DNA of 64,000 nt from Arenicellales bacterium (GCA_963665165.1 OY761989.1:350417-414416); one strand, 5' to 3'; counted from the first letter of the stretch, positions 10,387-22,685 are shown. Numbers and translations are program-made. Notes: generated by a model not told the origin, from the letters alone.

Positions 10387-11457
10387 TCAGGAACCTTCCA
10401 GATATCGGGGGTATGCCGACACGACCTTGCCTGGCCGGACGTCGCAAAGGGGCGGATAGCCTGAAAACACAGCGACCAGTACCGCTGTCAAAAGGATCAG
10501 CGCTCCGGCCTGATGGGCCACACCCAACGCTACAGGGACCTTCAGCAGCAACACGGCGATGCCGAGCGTGACCTGGGCCGCCCCGGCCAGAAAAACGGCG
10601 ACTGCGCAACCCCTGGTCATATAATGCCTGTGCCCGGCCAGCATAGCAGCATACCAGACTGTCAGAACCAGTAGCGCCGCCGCCAGACAACGGTGGATAA
10701 ACTGAATCGTAACCGGGTTCTCGAAGGCGTTTTTCCAGCCCGGCGACAGCGCCAGTATCTGGTCGGGTATCCACTGTTCACCCATCATTGGAAAGGTATT
10801 GTAAATAAACCCCGCGTGAGTGCCCGCGACAAAACCACCGCTGCTAACCATCAGCAGGATCATTCCCAGCAATACCGGCCCGAGCCGGGCCGCGGGTTTT
10901 GAGCGGGGCAGTCGTTTCGAATGCAGTCCGACGATAATGCGAACCATGTAAGCATAAATGACCACGGCAATGACCAGATGCGCAGTCAGCCGATAGTGGC
11001 TGACTGCGGGAATATCAACCAGACCGCTCTTCACCATATACCAGCCCATGACCCCCTGGATGGCTCCCACCAGAAAAAGCAGCCAGAGTTCCACGGCCAG
11101 GCCAACCGGTATTTTTTTCAGGTAAAGAAATACCAGGAAGGGCGCGAAAAAAACCAGTCCGATTATCCTTCCAGCCAAGCGATGGGCGAATTCCATCAGG
11201 TAAATGAACCTGAACTCTGTCAGCGTGATCGAGTGGTTGACCCGTTGGTATTCGGGAAATTGGCGGTATTCTTCGAACGCCTGATTCCACGCTCGCTCAT
11301 TCAATGGCGGGATGCTGCCCGTAATCGGCCGCCAGTCCACCATGGACAGTCCGGAACCGGTCAACCTGACCGCACCGCCCAACAACACCATGGCAAACAC
11401 CAGGACGGCGCATGCAACCAACCAGCAGGCCACCAGTTTTCGATCCTGGCGCGTCAT
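10387..11457 (-). CDS. ctaA: Heme A synthase (COX15/CtaA)
   Basis: VRLTGSGLSM, EFAHRL, GWYMVKSGL, HYRLTAHL, QFIHR, HQAGA; about 8 TM helices. Confidence 0.9.
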   Translation of the reverse strand: MTRQDRKLVACWLVACAVLVFAMVLLGGAVRLTGSGLSMVDWRPITGSIPPLNERAWNQAFEEYRQFPEYQRVNHSITLTEFRFIYLMEFAHRLAGRIIGLVFFAPFLVFLYLKKIPVGLAVELWLLFLVGAIQGVMGWYMVKSGLVDIPAVSHYRLTAHLVIAVVIYAYMVRIIVGLHSKRLPRSKPAARLGPVLLGMILLMVSSGGFVAGTHAGFIYNTFPMMGEQWIPDQILALSPGWKNAFENPVTIQFIHRCLAAALLVLTVWYAAMLAGHRHYMTRGCAVAVFLAGAAQVTLGIAVLLLKVPVALGVAHQAGALILLTAVLVAVFSGYPPLCDVRPGKVVSAYPRYLEGS

Positions 11458-11506
11458 GATTGTCCCGCCCCGCCCGTCCGGCCGTTCAGACGATCCGGCC
11501 CCCTGT

Positions 11507-12721
11507 CTACTGCCCGCTCTGAAAGACCAGCGAACAATTTGTGCCGCCGAACCCGAAGCTGTTGGTCATCGCGACATCAATATTCATACCTGTTCTGGTC
11601 TCGACCATGATCGGGAATCCGCTTGCGTCCGGGTCCAGATTCCGGATATTGGCGGAAGCGGCTATGAAGCCATGCTCCATCATCAGCAGGGTAAAAATCG
11701 ATTCGTTTACCCCGGCGGCGCCCAGCGCATGGCCGCTCAGTGACTTGGTGGCGCTGATGGGCGGACAATCGTCACCGAAAACCCCGGCAATCGCCTCCAG
11801 CTCCTTGATATCCCCAACAGGGGTGCTGGTGCCATGGGCATTGATGTACTGTACCGGCCGGTCCAGTGTCTTGACTGCCTGTTTCATACAGCGGGCCGCG
11901 CCTTCACCCGAAGGCTGAACCATATCGTAGCCATCGGAAGTCGCCCCATAACCCACCAGTTCGGCGCAAATTCGCGCTCCTCTTCTTTTGGCATGTTCGA
12001 GTTCTTCGAGCACGACCACACCGGCCCCTCCTGAAATGACGAATCCATCCCGGTCCCTGTCGTAAGGCCGCGACGCCTCTTGCGGGGTTTCATTGTAATT
12101 CGAGGATAAGGCGCCCATGCCGTCAAACAGTACCGATAACGACCAGTGGACTTCGTCACCTCCTCCGGCAAACACGACATCCTGCTTGCCAAGCTGGATC
12201 AGTTCCGCGCCATGACCGATGCAATGGGCGCTGGTGGAGCAGGCCGAACTGATTGAATAGGAGACCCCTTTTATCCCGAACGCGGTACCGACACAGGCAG
12301 GAATCGTGCTTGCCATGGTTTTGGTCACCATATAAGGCCCGACCCGTTTGACGCCCCGCTGGCGCAATGTGTCGGCGGCCTTGACGATATTTTCAGGCGA
12401 AGCGCCGCCGGTTCCAAGCAGCAACCCGGTCCGTTCGCTGCTGATCATGTCATTTTCCAGCCCCGAATGAGTGATCGCCTCCTGCATGGCAATGTACCCG
12501 TAAGCGGCGGCATCTCCCATAAAACGGTAGAGCTTTCGGTCTATTATCGACTTTGCGTCGATGTTGACGGCGCCATGGACCCGGCTGCGCATGCCGAGTT
12601 CGGCGTATTCATCGCAATATACAATTCCGGATTGTCCCGACATCAGCGCCTTTTTCACTTCATCTTTGTTGTTGCCCAGACTGCAAACAATACCAAATCC
12701 GGTTATTACTACTCTTTTCAT
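11507..12721 (-). CDS. fabB: Beta-ketoacyl-ACP synthase I
   Basis: [34 protein letters not shown]; follows fabA. Confidence 0.95.
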   Translation of the reverse strand: MKRVVITGFGIVCSLGNNKDEVKKALMSGQSGIVYCDEYAELGMRSRVHGAVNIDAKSIIDRKLYRFMGDAAAYGYIAMQEAITHSGLENDMISSERTGLLLGTGGASPENIVKAADTLRQRGVKRVGPYMVTKTMASTIPACVGTAFGIKGVSYSISSACSTSAHCIGHGAELIQLGKQDVVFAGGGDEVHWSLSVLFDGMGALSSNYNETPQEASRPYDRDRDGFVISGGAGVVVLEELEHAKRRGARICAELVGYGATSDGYDMVQPSGEGAARCMKQAVKTLDRPVQYINAHGTSTPVGDIKELEAIAGVFGDDCPPISATKSLSGHALGAAGVNESIFTLLMMEHGFIAASANIRNLDPDASGFPIMVETRTGMNIDVAMTNSFGFGGTNCSLVFQSGQ

Positions 12722-12746
12722 CTAAAACTCACCACGCTTTAACAAT

Positions 12747-13271
12747 TCAAAATGACTCCACATTTTGAAACAGACCCACTCGCAGGCCCTTGCAGACATA
12801 GACCTGCTTGTCATCCGCCAAAACCTCTCCATCTGCAATTCCCATCACCAGGCTGCGCATGATCACCCGCTTGAAGTCGATTTTATAGGTCACCAGTTCG
12901 TTGTCGGGGGTTATCTGGCCGCTGAATCTGATTTCACCGGAACCGAGCGCCCGGCCATGCCCCTGACCCCCTCTCCATCCCAGGGAAAAGCCGACCAGTT
13001 GCCACAGTGCGTCCAGGCCCAGGCAGCCCGGCATTACCGGGTCTCCTTCGAAATGACAGTTGAAAAACCACAGGTCCGGGACAATATCCAGTTCGGCAAT
13101 AACACATCCCTTGCCGAATTTGCCGCCGTCTTCATCAATATGGATTATGCGGTCAAACATCAACATATTCGGCAAGGGCAGCTGTGCGTTACCGGAACCA
13201 AACAACTCACCATGCCCACAGGCAATCAGTTCTTCTTTGCTGTACCGGCTCTTGTCAAGACTCGAATTCAT
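12747..13271 (-). CDS. fabA: 3-hydroxyacyl-ACP dehydratase/isomerase
   Basis: [36 protein letters not shown]. Confidence 0.96.
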   Translation of the reverse strand: MNSSLDKSRYSKEELIACGHGELFGSGNAQLPLPNMLMFDRIIHIDEDGGKFGKGCVIAELDIVPDLWFFNCHFEGDPVMPGCLGLDALWQLVGFSLGWRGGQGHGRALGSGEIRFSGQITPDNELVTYKIDFKRVIMRSLVMGIADGEVLADDKQVYVCKGLRVGLFQNVESF

Positions 13272-13403
13272 GTTCAGGTTTGCAGATCAACCAATGAAAT
13301 ATCCAGTTTCAAATCTTACCCTGTTCACAGCCGGTTTCCTATCCATCATCGGTTCGGTGATTCGCGTCACACAACGGTGCGATTTGGATGCCGCCTCCTG
13401 TTT

Positions 13404-16280
13404 CTAAAGGGACGATATTTTTTCCAGCTGCTGTCTGATTACCCGGCATTTCGACTCCAGATCAACCAGTTTTTGCCGCTCTTTTTCGACTACCCGCGCT
13501 GGCGCCCGGGCGACAAACTGTTTGTTCTCCAGTTTTCCCCTGGCCCGGGCCAGCTCACTATCAAACCGTTGCGCCTGTTTGCCGAGGCGTTCTGCCTCCG
13601 CCCGCTTGTCAATCAGTCCGGCGATGGGAATCAATATCTTCATCCCGCCTGCGATAACCACCGCCGATTCGGGTTCCTCATCCGATTCCCGGAGCACGAC
13701 AATGCTTTTGATTTGGCCGCCCATATCAAGATACGTCCGATTCCTCTCCAGCATTTCCAGGTCCCGGCTCGTGGCCCCGGCTAATAAAACCGGCGCTTTT
13801 CTACCGGGTGAAACATCCATCTCGCCCCTGATTTTCCGGATTCCGAGTATGAATTGCATGACCCAGTCCATTTCGTGTTCCGCATCGCGGTCAATCCGGG
13901 ATTCATCGTACCGGGGGTAGGGCTGGGTCATGATGGTTTCTCCCGTCCTGCCCGCCAGTGGCGAAACCTGCTGCCAGATTTCTTCGGTGATAAACGGCAT
14001 GACCGGATGAAGCAGCCGCAAAACCGCCTCAAGTACGCGGACCAGTGTTTGTCGGCTGCCAGCCTGTAACGCCGGGGCGCTGACCGGGCTGTTCAGTACC
14101 GGTTTGCTGAGCTCCAGATACCAGCCGCAGTATTTATTCCAGACCAGATCATGCATTTCCTGGGCAGCCAGGTCGAAACGATAATTCTCCATGGATTCCC
14201 GCACTTTCCCTGCGCTGCGCTGCAACTGCGATATCATCCACTTGTCGATCATCGACAACATCACATCACCGCCGTTTCGGCCACAGTCTTTTCCTTGCGT
14301 GTTGAGCAATACGAAACGGGCTGCGTTCCAGATTTTGTTACAGAAATTGCGATAGCCCTCGATCCTGCCGAGGTCAAAATTAATGTCACGGCCATTCGAT
14401 GCCAGCGCCATGAATGTGAAGCGCAGGGCGTCCGTACCAAAACCCGGAATTCCGTTTGGGAAGTCCTGGCGTGTCTGCCGCTCGATCCTTTCCCGCAAGT
14501 GGGGCTGCATCAAGCCCTGTATTCGCTTCTCCACCAGTGGTTCGATCTCAATGCCATCGATCAGGTCAATCGGGTCAAGCACATTACCTTTGGATTTCGA
14601 CATTTTCTGTCCGTGCGAATCACGAATCAGGCCATGAATGTAGACCTGATGAAACGGAACCTCGTCCATGAACCGCATTCCAAACATGATCATCCGGGCC
14701 ACCCAGAAAAAGATGATGTCAAAACCCGTCACCAGCACGCTGGTCGGATAAAACGTGTTCAGCCGGTCTGTGGCCGCAGGCCATCCCAGCGTGGAGAATG
14801 GCCATAACGCTGAACTGAACCAGGTATCGAGCACATCTTCGTCCTGCCGCAATTCAACCTCATCGGCAATACGGTATTTCGCCCGGACAGCCGATTCATC
14901 CACGCCTGCAAAAATATTACCGGCTTCGTCATACCATGCCGGAATCCTGTGGCCCCACCATATTTGACGCGAAATGCACCAGTCTTCGATATTCTCCATC
15001 CATTGAAAATAGGTCTTGCTCCAGTTTGACGGCACAAATTCAATGGCCCCGCTTTTCACTGCGTCGATTGATGGCGCGACTATCCGGGTCTTTCCCCCCG
15101 GCCGGCCGTCATCCAGGGTTTCCCGGGTAAGATCGACATACCACTGGTCAGTCAGGAACGGTTCGACCACTGCCCCTGAGCGGTCCCCTCTCGGAACCAT
15201 CCGTTTGTGATCGTCTATCCTGTCCAGCAGTCCCTGCTGCCGAAGATCAGCGACAATCGCGTCTCTGGCCGCAAACCGGTCCAGACCGACATAGTTCTCG
15301 GGAATCAATTCGCCTTCGCTCAGGTTCCGGTCGTTGATGTTTTCCCGTATGCTCGCATCCGCCGTGAACACATTGATCAACCCCTGGTGGATTTGCTCAC
15401 GGATTGCCGGGGTATTCCGGTGCCGGGTCCATACCTGGTAATCATTGAAATCGTGAGCCGGGGTGATCTTCACACAACCTGAGCCGAAACCAGGGTCCAC
15501 ATAATGATCGGCGATGACCGGTATCCGGCGTCCGGTCAATGGAAGCTCAACCCATTTGCCTATCAACGCCCGGTATTTCCCATCATCGGGATGAACCGCG
15601 ACAGCGCTGTCACCCAGCATGGTTTCCGGGCGCGTAGTGGCGACAGCAAGCCAGCCATCTCCATCCGCAATCGGATAACGCAAATGCCACAGGCTGCCGT
15701 CTTCCTCCCCGGACAGGACCTCGAGGTCGGACAACGCCGTATGCAGGACCGGATCCCAGTTTACCAGTCGTTTGCCGCGATAAATAATGCCTTCGTCATA
15801 AAGCTGCACGAACACTTCACTGACCGCCCGGCTTAATCCGGGGTCCATGGTGAACCGCTCATGTTCCCAGTCAGCCGAGGCTCCCATCCGCCGCAGTTGG
15901 CGGGTAATCGTGCCTCCGGACTCATTCTTCCACTGCCAGACTTTCTCTATGAACTTCTCCCGACCGTAATCATGACGTGTCTGCCCCTCCGCGTTTATCA
16001 ATCGTTCGACCACCATCTGGGTCGCGATACCCGCGTGGTCCATGCCCGGCTGCCAAAGCGTATTGTCTCCCAGCATGCGATGGTAACGAACCAGGGCATC
16101 CATAATCGTGTCCTGAAACGCATGGCCCATGTGCAGGCTGCCGGTGACGTTGGGCGGGGGAATGACAATGCAATACGGGTCGGCCGCCCGGCCTGAAGGC
16201 GCAAAGTGGCCGGCTTCCTCCCAGTGGTTATACCACCTGGTTTCGACCTGATGGGGGTTGTAGGACTTGTCGATGGCCAC
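13404..16280 (-). CDS. valS: Valine-tRNA ligase
   Basis: [12 protein letters not shown] (HIGH), [31 protein letters not shown] start at 16280 just after the holC stop (ORF-track start overlaps holC). Confidence 0.97.
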   Translation of the reverse strand: MAIDKSYNPHQVETRWYNHWEEAGHFAPSGRAADPYCIVIPPPNVTGSLHMGHAFQDTIMDALVRYHRMLGDNTLWQPGMDHAGIATQMVVERLINAEGQTRHDYGREKFIEKVWQWKNESGGTITRQLRRMGASADWEHERFTMDPGLSRAVSEVFVQLYDEGIIYRGKRLVNWDPVLHTALSDLEVLSGEEDGSLWHLRYPIADGDGWLAVATTRPETMLGDSAVAVHPDDGKYRALIGKWVELPLTGRRIPVIADHYVDPGFGSGCVKITPAHDFNDYQVWTRHRNTPAIREQIHQGLINVFTADASIRENINDRNLSEGELIPENYVGLDRFAARDAIVADLRQQGLLDRIDDHKRMVPRGDRSGAVVEPFLTDQWYVDLTRETLDDGRPGGKTRIVAPSIDAVKSGAIEFVPSNWSKTYFQWMENIEDWCISRQIWWGHRIPAWYDEAGNIFAGVDESAVRAKYRIADEVELRQDEDVLDTWFSSALWPFSTLGWPAATDRLNTFYPTSVLVTGFDIIFFWVARMIMFGMRFMDEVPFHQVYIHGLIRDSHGQKMSKSKGNVLDPIDLIDGIEIEPLVEKRIQGLMQPHLRERIERQTRQDFPNGIPGFGTDALRFTFMALASNGRDINFDLGRIEGYRNFCNKIWNAARFVLLNTQGKDCGRNGGDVMLSMIDKWMISQLQRSAGKVRESMENYRFDLAAQEMHDLVWNKYCGWYLELSKPVLNSPVSAPALQAGSRQTLVRVLEAVLRLLHPVMPFITEEIWQQVSPLAGRTGETIMTQPYPRYDESRIDRDAEHEMDWVMQFILGIRKIRGEMDVSPGRKAPVLLAGATSRDLEMLERNRTYLDMGGQIKSIVVLRESDEEPESAVVIAGGMKILIPIAGLIDKRAEAERLGKQAQRFDSELARARGKLENKQFVARAPARVVEKERQKLVDLESKCRVIRQQLEKISSL

Positions 16281-16284
16281 TTGT

Positions 16285-16731
16285 TCAGGAAATCCGATGG
16301 GTGTCCGGCTCAACACCCTGGCTTCGATAACCCCGGAAACGGGCGCGGGCGGCCTGCTTGTCCACCGGGTCCGAACAAACCACCTCGTCAACACGGGCAA
16401 ATTGTTCCGGGCACGGTCCCGGTTGCTGACACAAATTGATGAGCATATCCGCGGTTTCGTCTTCGTGCGGTCCTTCGCCGGCATTTTCACCCAACTGCAC
16501 CGGGTAATCATCCCAGTCCAGCCGCTTTGGGCCGGTTAGGGTGTGGGGGATGAAACTGCCCTGGGAAAATGTCCACAACATGGCGTCGAGCTGATTGCTC
16601 TGGTCGGTATTCGAGGTGCGGATACTCACCTTCATGCCCTGACCGTAAGCTTCACGCACAAGACGACAGGCATAACGCAGCTTTCCATTGTAATCCTCAT
16701 TTTCAAGGATGTGGAAATTCACCTGCCGCAT
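16285..16731 (-). CDS. holC: DNA polymerase III subunit chi
   Basis: [25 protein letters not shown]; canonical pepA-holC-valS order. Confidence 0.9.
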   Translation of the reverse strand: MRQVNFHILENEDYNGKLRYACRLVREAYGQGMKVSIRTSNTDQSNQLDAMLWTFSQGSFIPHTLTGPKRLDWDDYPVQLGENAGEGPHEDETADMLINLCQQPGPCPEQFARVDEVVCSDPVDKQAARARFRGYRSQGVEPDTHRIS

Positions 16732-16758
16732 AATGCCGGTATGAATGACTGCGCCGGT

Positions 16759-18252
16759 CTATTCCTGTCTGGCGCGAGCCATCAGAAACTCGACCAGCAA
16801 GGGTACCGGCCGGCCTGTGGCGCCTTTGGGATCGGCCGATTTCCAGGCCGTTCCCGCGACATCCAGGTGGGCCCAGTCATACTTCCCGGCAAAGTGTTTC
16901 AAAAAGCAGGCCGCGGTCACGGAACCCGCGCTGCGGCCGCCGATATTGGCCAAATCCGCAAAATTGCTTTTCAACTGCTTCGAATAGTCTTCCCAAAGCG
17001 GTAACTGCCAGGCCCTGTCACCGGCGTTTTCGCCCGCGGTCAGCAACTGTTCGGCCAACAGGTCACTGTTACTGAACAATCCGCTCGCATGATGGCCCAG
17101 GGCAATGATACAGGCTCCGGTCAAAGTTGCAATATCGACCACGGCCGTCGGTTTGTAGCGTTCCGCATAAGTCATCGCGTCACACAGGATCAGGCGGCCT
17201 TCGGCGTCGGTATTGAGTATTTCGATGGTGGCGCCGGACATGCTCGTGACAATATCGCCCGGTTTGTTGGCGGCGCCATCGGGCAGGTTTTCGCTACTCG
17301 GGATTATTCCGACCACATTGATTGGCAATTCCATCTCCGACACTGCAATCAGCGCTCCGAATACGCTGGCGCCGCCGCACATGTCGTACTTCATTTCATC
17401 CATGGCGGCAGCCGGCTTGATCGATATTCCTCCGGCGTCGAAGGTCAATCCCTTGCCGATCAGAACCACCGGGTTGTCCGCGGGATCTCCCCCCCTGTAC
17501 TCCATCACAATCAATTTCGCCGGTTCGCGGCTGCCTCTGGATACCGATAGCAACGACCCCATTTTCAATCGTTTCATTTGTGCTTCATCCAGCACGGTGG
17601 TTTTGATTTTATGGGTTTTCTGTAACGCTTTCGCCTGACGGGCGAGATATCCCGGGGTGCATATATTGCCGGGCAGGTCCGAAATCGTCCGGCAATAACG
17701 GACGCCATGGGCAAGCGCAGCGCCCTCGACAACCCCTTGTTTGGCCGCGGCCAGCTTGCCCCGATCGGCGATGATATTTACTTTCTTCAAGGCGGGCGCT
17801 TTTTTCTTGCCGCTTTTCGTTTCATCATAGCGGTAGAGCGCCGCGTCAATCGCCTCAACCATGCTCCTGGCCTGACGGGTCACATCCGGATCATCGCCGG
17901 CCATATCCAGCAGGGCCAGGTCTGCGCTTTTGATATTGCCATTGTCCAGTTGCCTGATGGCCGCAACCACGGCCTTGCGCATGACCTGGTTCGTCAACTC
18001 GCCTTTCTTGCCAAGACCCAGCAGCAATATCCTTTTGGCGCTGATTTCCCGCGGCTCATATACCATCAGTGTGGAACCGGGTTTGCCTGACAGGTCACCC
18101 TGGGCAAGCAGTTTGCTGATCTGTTTCCCGGTCGCCTTGTCGAGAATACCGGCAGAAGGTGACAATGCGGACTTGCCCGCCCCGAAAACACCTGCAACAA
18201 TGCATTGTGAAGGCTGCTTGATCAGATTCAATGTCTTCGCAGAGAAATCCAT
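16759..18252 (-). CDS. pepA: Leucyl aminopeptidase
   Basis: GKGLTFDAGG, MKYDMCG, NTDAEGRL, DIATLTGA. Confidence 0.96.
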   Translation of the reverse strand: MDFSAKTLNLIKQPSQCIVAGVFGAGKSALSPSAGILDKATGKQISKLLAQGDLSGKPGSTLMVYEPREISAKRILLLGLGKKGELTNQVMRKAVVAAIRQLDNGNIKSADLALLDMAGDDPDVTRQARSMVEAIDAALYRYDETKSGKKKAPALKKVNIIADRGKLAAAKQGVVEGAALAHGVRYCRTISDLPGNICTPGYLARQAKALQKTHKIKTTVLDEAQMKRLKMGSLLSVSRGSREPAKLIVMEYRGGDPADNPVVLIGKGLTFDAGGISIKPAAAMDEMKYDMCGGASVFGALIAVSEMELPINVVGIIPSSENLPDGAANKPGDIVTSMSGATIEILNTDAEGRLILCDAMTYAERYKPTAVVDIATLTGACIIALGHHASGLFSNSDLLAEQLLTAGENAGDRAWQLPLWEDYSKQLKSNFADLANIGGRSAGSVTAACFLKHFAGKYDWAHLDVAGTAWKSADPKGATGRPVPLLVEFLMARARQE

Positions 18253-18327
18253 ATTAACGTCTCGGTTGATATTACGTAGAATAGAGCGGTCTATCGATCA
18301 GCATGATTCTATCATTATAAAACCCGC

Positions 18328-19422
18328 ATGATTATCCATCGGGCCTTCGTCCGCGAGGTTTTGCAAACCTGCGCCGGTGTTGCCACTATCCTGATTTCAA
18401 TATTTTTCGTCGTTCGTCTCGTTGGCCTGCTGGATCAGGCCGCTGAGGGAAGCATTGCCATGGAAAGGGTTCTGGTTTTGTTGTTGCTTAAATTGATCAC
18501 CTATCTCGACCTGATTGTACCATTGGTGATCTATATTTCCACCTTGCTGGTCATGAGCAGATGGATTCGCGATAACGAACTCACTGTTGTCAATGCCTGC
18601 GGAATCGGGATGAACACATTCCTGCGTCCTGTCGTCGTGTTGTTTGCAATAGTGGGTTCCGTGGTGGCCGTGTTGTCACTCTACCTGTCGCCGGTCTCGG
18701 CCGAAGCCGTGCATGTCATGGAATTCAACCACAAAAACCGTTCGGATTTGACTGGCGTTGTCCCTGGGGTATTTACTGAAACCAAACGAGGCAACGGCGT
18801 TTATTTCGTGGAAAACCGTAACACGGAAACCGGCGAATTCAAAAATATCTTCATTTATACGGCAGGTGAAAATCAGGATGAGGTCGTCGTGGCGGCATCC
18901 GGGTACAGAAGCACAGACGAGCAGGCCAATTCCGATTTTCTGGTGCTTGTCGATGGCACACGATACAGCGCCGCCGCCGGGGACGACCAATACACCTTGC
19001 TGGATTTCGACTCTTACTCCCTCCGGCTGAAGCCCCGGCCAAACGCCGACAACATTGGCTTGCCGGTCAAGGCCCGCCCTACGACGACCCTGATTGAACA
19101 ATCGGGGCGTCAGCGGGCAGCCGCGGGAGAGCTCCATTGGAGAATCGCGAAAATCGTCATGTTACCGATTTTAATGATTTTCGCACTTTGCTTTTCGAAC
19201 CAGACCTACAGGAAAAAGCGGTTCCCCGGAATGATTCCGGCATTACTGGTCTATTTTGCCTACTTCAACGCGATGGGGGCGGGAATTGCCCTGATACGAC
19301 GCGGTACGCTTCACCCGCATCTTTCCCTGTGGGTTGTTCACCTCCTGTTCCTGACTGTCGCCGTTTACTTCTTTTCAAGACGCAGCCGCAACTTGAGACT
19401 ACTGCCGGGATTGAGAGCCTGA
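18328..19422 (+). CDS. lptF: LPS export ABC permease LptF
   Basis: YjgP/Q-type 6-TM protein with beta-jellyroll loop; ELHWR; divergent from pepA, as is typical. Confidence 0.85.
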   Translation: MIIHRAFVREVLQTCAGVATILISIFFVVRLVGLLDQAAEGSIAMERVLVLLLLKLITYLDLIVPLVIYISTLLVMSRWIRDNELTVVNACGIGMNTFLRPVVVLFAIVGSVVAVLSLYLSPVSAEAVHVMEFNHKNRSDLTGVVPGVFTETKRGNGVYFVENRNTETGEFKNIFIYTAGENQDEVVVAASGYRSTDEQANSDFLVLVDGTRYSAAAGDDQYTLLDFDSYSLRLKPRPNADNIGLPVKARPTTTLIEQSGRQRAAAGELHWRIAKIVMLPILMIFALCFSNQTYRKKRFPGMIPALLVYFAYFNAMGAGIALIRRGTLHPHLSLWVVHLLFLTVAVYFFSRRSRNLRLLPGLRA

Positions 19423-20489
19423 TGTCGATTCTCAACCGATATCTCGGGTTGATCATTCTGCAATATGCCCTGATTTCCCTGTTGGCGTTACTCGGACTGT
19501 TCACGCTTGTCAATTTGCTGGACGAGCTTTCCAACCTGGGAAAGGGGAATTACGACCTGACAGCCGCTCTCTCCTATGTCGCCTTGACAATCCCGCGCAC
19601 GATTTACGAACTGTTCCCAATGGCGGCATTGCTCGGCACAATCATCGGACTGTCCATACTGGCCAATGGTTCGGAATTGGTCGTGATGCGCTCCAGCGGA
19701 ATTTCAATTTTCCAGATCACCATTGCAACCCTGAAAACCGGCGCGTTTTTCATGATCGCGGCCATTCTCATCGGCGAACTGGTTTCTCCCTATACGGAAA
19801 CCCGGGCACAACGGAACCGGGCCGAAACCATGCAACAGGATATCAAACAGCATACCGACTCCGGTCTCTGGATGCGCGACTCACAGACCTATGTGAATAT
19901 TCGTGAAGTACTGCCAGACCTGGCGCTGCTGAAAATCAAATTGTTCCACTTCGATGAAAACAGAAAGCTGGAGTTACTGGTTGAAGCCGCAAAAGGCACC
20001 TTCGTCGGGGAGCAATGGATGCTGGAAAACGTTAAAATCACCCGGATTGCCTCGGACTCGGGGAAGGCTGAGACTTCAGCCGCCGGTTCTATAAAATGGA
20101 ACTCCCGGGTTACGCCGGAAATTCTGTCCGTATTTTTGATCAAACCGGAAGAACTCTCGTTTATCCAGTTGAACCGCTATATTCAGCACCTCGATAACAA
20201 CCAGCAAAAAACCGATCTCTACGAGCTTGCGTTCTGGAACAAGATCATGTTGCCGCTTTCCACGGCAATGATGGTCATTCTGGCCGTTCCATTCGTTTTC
20301 GTGAATGTACGCTCTGGCAGCCTGGAGAGAAATCTGTTTATCGGAATCATGCTCGGTATCGGCTTTCATGTCCTCAACAACGGTTTCGGCCACTTTGTCC
20401 TTGCCAGCAATTTGCCTCCCTTGCTGGGCGCCACCGCTCCCGTTGCGGTGTTCCTGCTCGGGACGATTGTGCTTGTGCGGAGGATTTGA
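19422..20489 (+). CDS. lptG: LPS export ABC permease LptG
   Basis: MSILNRY, PMAALLG, SELVVMRSSG, GLWMRD; ATG overlaps the lptF stop. Confidence 0.9.
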   Translation: MSILNRYLGLIILQYALISLLALLGLFTLVNLLDELSNLGKGNYDLTAALSYVALTIPRTIYELFPMAALLGTIIGLSILANGSELVVMRSSGISIFQITIATLKTGAFFMIAAILIGELVSPYTETRAQRNRAETMQQDIKQHTDSGLWMRDSQTYVNIREVLPDLALLKIKLFHFDENRKLELLVEAAKGTFVGEQWMLENVKITRIASDSGKAETSAAGSIKWNSRVTPEILSVFLIKPEELSFIQLNRYIQHLDNNQQKTDLYELAFWNKIMLPLSTAMMVILAVPFVFVNVRSGSLERNLFIGIMLGIGFHVLNNGFGHFVLASNLPPLLGATAPVAVFLLGTIVLVRRI

Positions 20490-20589
20490 CGGGGCGGTTC
20501 CGGATTCCCGGACCCGACTCCGGTTTCGATTGTTTCCTGCCGCCAATTGGGTTATGGTCACCGCCCTCCTGTATTGAAATAAATTTGGC

Positions 20590-21474
20590 ATGAACGATAT
20601 GAAAGTCTCTTTTATCGGCCTCGGCGTCATGGGATACCCGATGGCCGGGCATCTGGCCGCCGCGGGTCATTCGGTCTGCGTTTACAACCGGACCACCGCA
20701 AAAGCCGAAAAATGGGTTGCTGAATATGGCGGCTCCCATGCGCCGACTCCTGCCCTGGCCGCGGCAGACGCTGATTTCGTGTTTTGCTGCGTTGGCAATG
20801 ATGATGACTTGCGCAGTGTGACCACCGGCGTGGACGGCGCCTTCCATTCAATCCGGCCCGGCGCGATTTTTATCGATCACACAACCGCTTCCGCCAACAT
20901 CGCGCGGGAGCTGTACGACCATGCCGGAAAACATGATTTCGGTTTTCTCGACGCCCCGGTTTCCGGCGGGCAGGCGGGCGCCGAAAACGGGGTATTGACG
21001 GTGATGGTCGGAGGCGACCAGGAAGTGTTCGGGCGCGCCAAACCGCTGATCGACTGTTTCGCCCGGTCCGCGCTGCGAATGGGCGGGTCCGGTTCAGGCC
21101 AGCTCACCAAAATGGTGAACCAGATATGCATTGCCGGACTGGTCCAGGGGTTGTCCGAGGGACTGGCCTTCGGTGTCAATGCGGGGCTGGACGGCATGAA
21201 GGTTTTCGATGTCCTCTCAAAGGGCGCGGCCAGCTCATGGCAAATGATCAATCGACACGAGACCATGCTGAATAACGAATTCGAGTTCGGATTCGCGGTT
21301 GACTGGATGAGAAAGGATCTGGGCCTGTGCATGGAAGAGGCCGAACGAAACCACTCGGAACTGCCCATCACCCGGATTGTTGATGGATATTACGCCGAAA
21401 TCCAGGCCGCTGGCGGAAACCGCCATGACACATCCAGCCTGGTCACCCGATTACCCCGCAAGGATTCGGGTTGA
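20590..21474 (+). CDS. NAD(P)-dependent beta-hydroxyacid dehydrogenase (3-hydroxyisobutyrate dehydrogenase family)
   Basis: FIGLGVMGYPMA, DAPVSGG, KMVNQ, WMRKDL. Confidence 0.88.
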   Translation: MNDMKVSFIGLGVMGYPMAGHLAAAGHSVCVYNRTTAKAEKWVAEYGGSHAPTPALAAADADFVFCCVGNDDDLRSVTTGVDGAFHSIRPGAIFIDHTTASANIARELYDHAGKHDFGFLDAPVSGGQAGAENGVLTVMVGGDQEVFGRAKPLIDCFARSALRMGGSGSGQLTKMVNQICIAGLVQGLSEGLAFGVNAGLDGMKVFDVLSKGAASSWQMINRHETMLNNEFEFGFAVDWMRKDLGLCMEEAERNHSELPITRIVDGYYAEIQAAGGNRHDTSSLVTRLPRKDSG

Positions 21475-21551
21475 CCGGAATCGGCAGATCCGTCACTTGC
21501 ATGGCCGGTTCCCCCGGCAACCAGGCCGGGTTGCGAGAGACGTGAGTGGGG

Positions 21552-22682
21552 TCAGTCAGCCGGCTCGAGGCGCACAAGCATCCCGTTGGCCTGATCCGTA
21601 AGCAGGTAAATCAGGCCGTCCGGTCCCTGGCGAACGTCCCGGATACGCTTTCCCCAATCCGTGAGCAGCCGCTCTTCCAGCGCCACTCCGCCCGGCCTGA
21701 CCTCAAGACGGGCCAGCAGCCTGCTGGAAAGCGAGCCGGTGAAAAAGCTGCCCTGCCAGGCCGGGAAGCGGTCGCCGTCATAAATCATCAGGCCGGAAGG
21801 CGAGATCGACGGCGTCCAATAATGGACAGGCTGGGCCATGCCTGCCTTGTGTGTGCCCTCCCCGATCTTGAAGCCGGCGTAGCTTCGGCCATAAGTGATC
21901 ACCGGCCAGCCGTAATTCACTCCCGGCTCAATCCGGTTAAGCTCATCCCCGCCCTTCGGGCCGTGCTCTACCGCATAAATCCGCCCGGTCGCTTTCTCCA
22001 GCGCCATGCCTTGCGGGTTGCGGTTGCCGTAAGCGTAGATTCCGGGTTCCGCGTCGGCTTCCCCTGTGAATGGATTGTCTTTGGGTACGCGCCCGTCTTC
22101 ATGCAGGCGAATGATCGAGCCGGCCGGGTCGTCCAGCGCCTGGGCCCGATCCTTGTTGCCCCGGTCACCGGCAGTGATGAACAGATAACCGTTCGCAAAC
22201 AGCAGCCGGGAACCGAAATGGCGGCCCCCGCTGGTCCGCGGCAACCCGACATAGAGTTCTTCAGTATCTTCCAGGCGGTTGCCGATCAGCCTGCCGCGTG
22301 CGACAGCGGTCGCGCCGCCGCCCGGCCCCGGACTCGCATAGGACAGGTAAACCAGCCTGTTCTCGACAAAACGGGGATGTAGCGCGACATCCAGCAGCCC
22401 GCCCTGGCCATTCGCATAAACGGAAGGAACACCGGCGACCGGATTCGGGTCCAGCCGTCCATCCACGATGCGCCGGAGCCGTCCCGGCCGCTCGGTCACA
22501 AGTATTGAGCCATCCGGCAGGAAGGCCAGACTCCAGGGATGCTCAAGACCGTCCGTTACCGGAACCAGCCGGAAACGATGTTCTATCGAGTCATGCGTTC
22601 CCGGCAGTTCAGCCGCATGAGCCGGGGATAAGAAACCGAGGAGCGCCAGAGCGACGCCAGGTAGCGTTAAACGGCAGGCCAG
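21552..22682 (-). CDS. PQQ-dependent soluble aldose sugar dehydrogenase (YliI-like beta-propeller), secreted; start uncertain (CTG 22682)
   Basis: GQGGLLDV, HFGSRL, GNRNPQG, EHGPKGGDELN, NYGWP, RIRDV; the frame stays open upstream of 22499 through GLEHPWSLAFLPDG and a signal peptide. Confidence 0.85.
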   Translation of the reverse strand: MACRLTLPGVALALLGFLSPAHAAELPGTHDSIEHRFRLVPVTDGLEHPWSLAFLPDGSILVTERPGRLRRIVDGRLDPNPVAGVPSVYANGQGGLLDVALHPRFVENRLVYLSYASPGPGGGATAVARGRLIGNRLEDTEELYVGLPRTSGGRHFGSRLLFANGYLFITAGDRGNKDRAQALDDPAGSIIRLHEDGRVPKDNPFTGEADAEPGIYAYGNRNPQGMALEKATGRIYAVEHGPKGGDELNRIEPGVNYGWPVITYGRSYAGFKIGEGTHKAGMAQPVHYWTPSISPSGLMIYDGDRFPAWQGSFFTGSLSSRLLARLEVRPGGVALEERLLTDWGKRIRDVRQGPDGLIYLLTDQANGMLVRLEPAD

Positions 22683-22685
22683 GGG

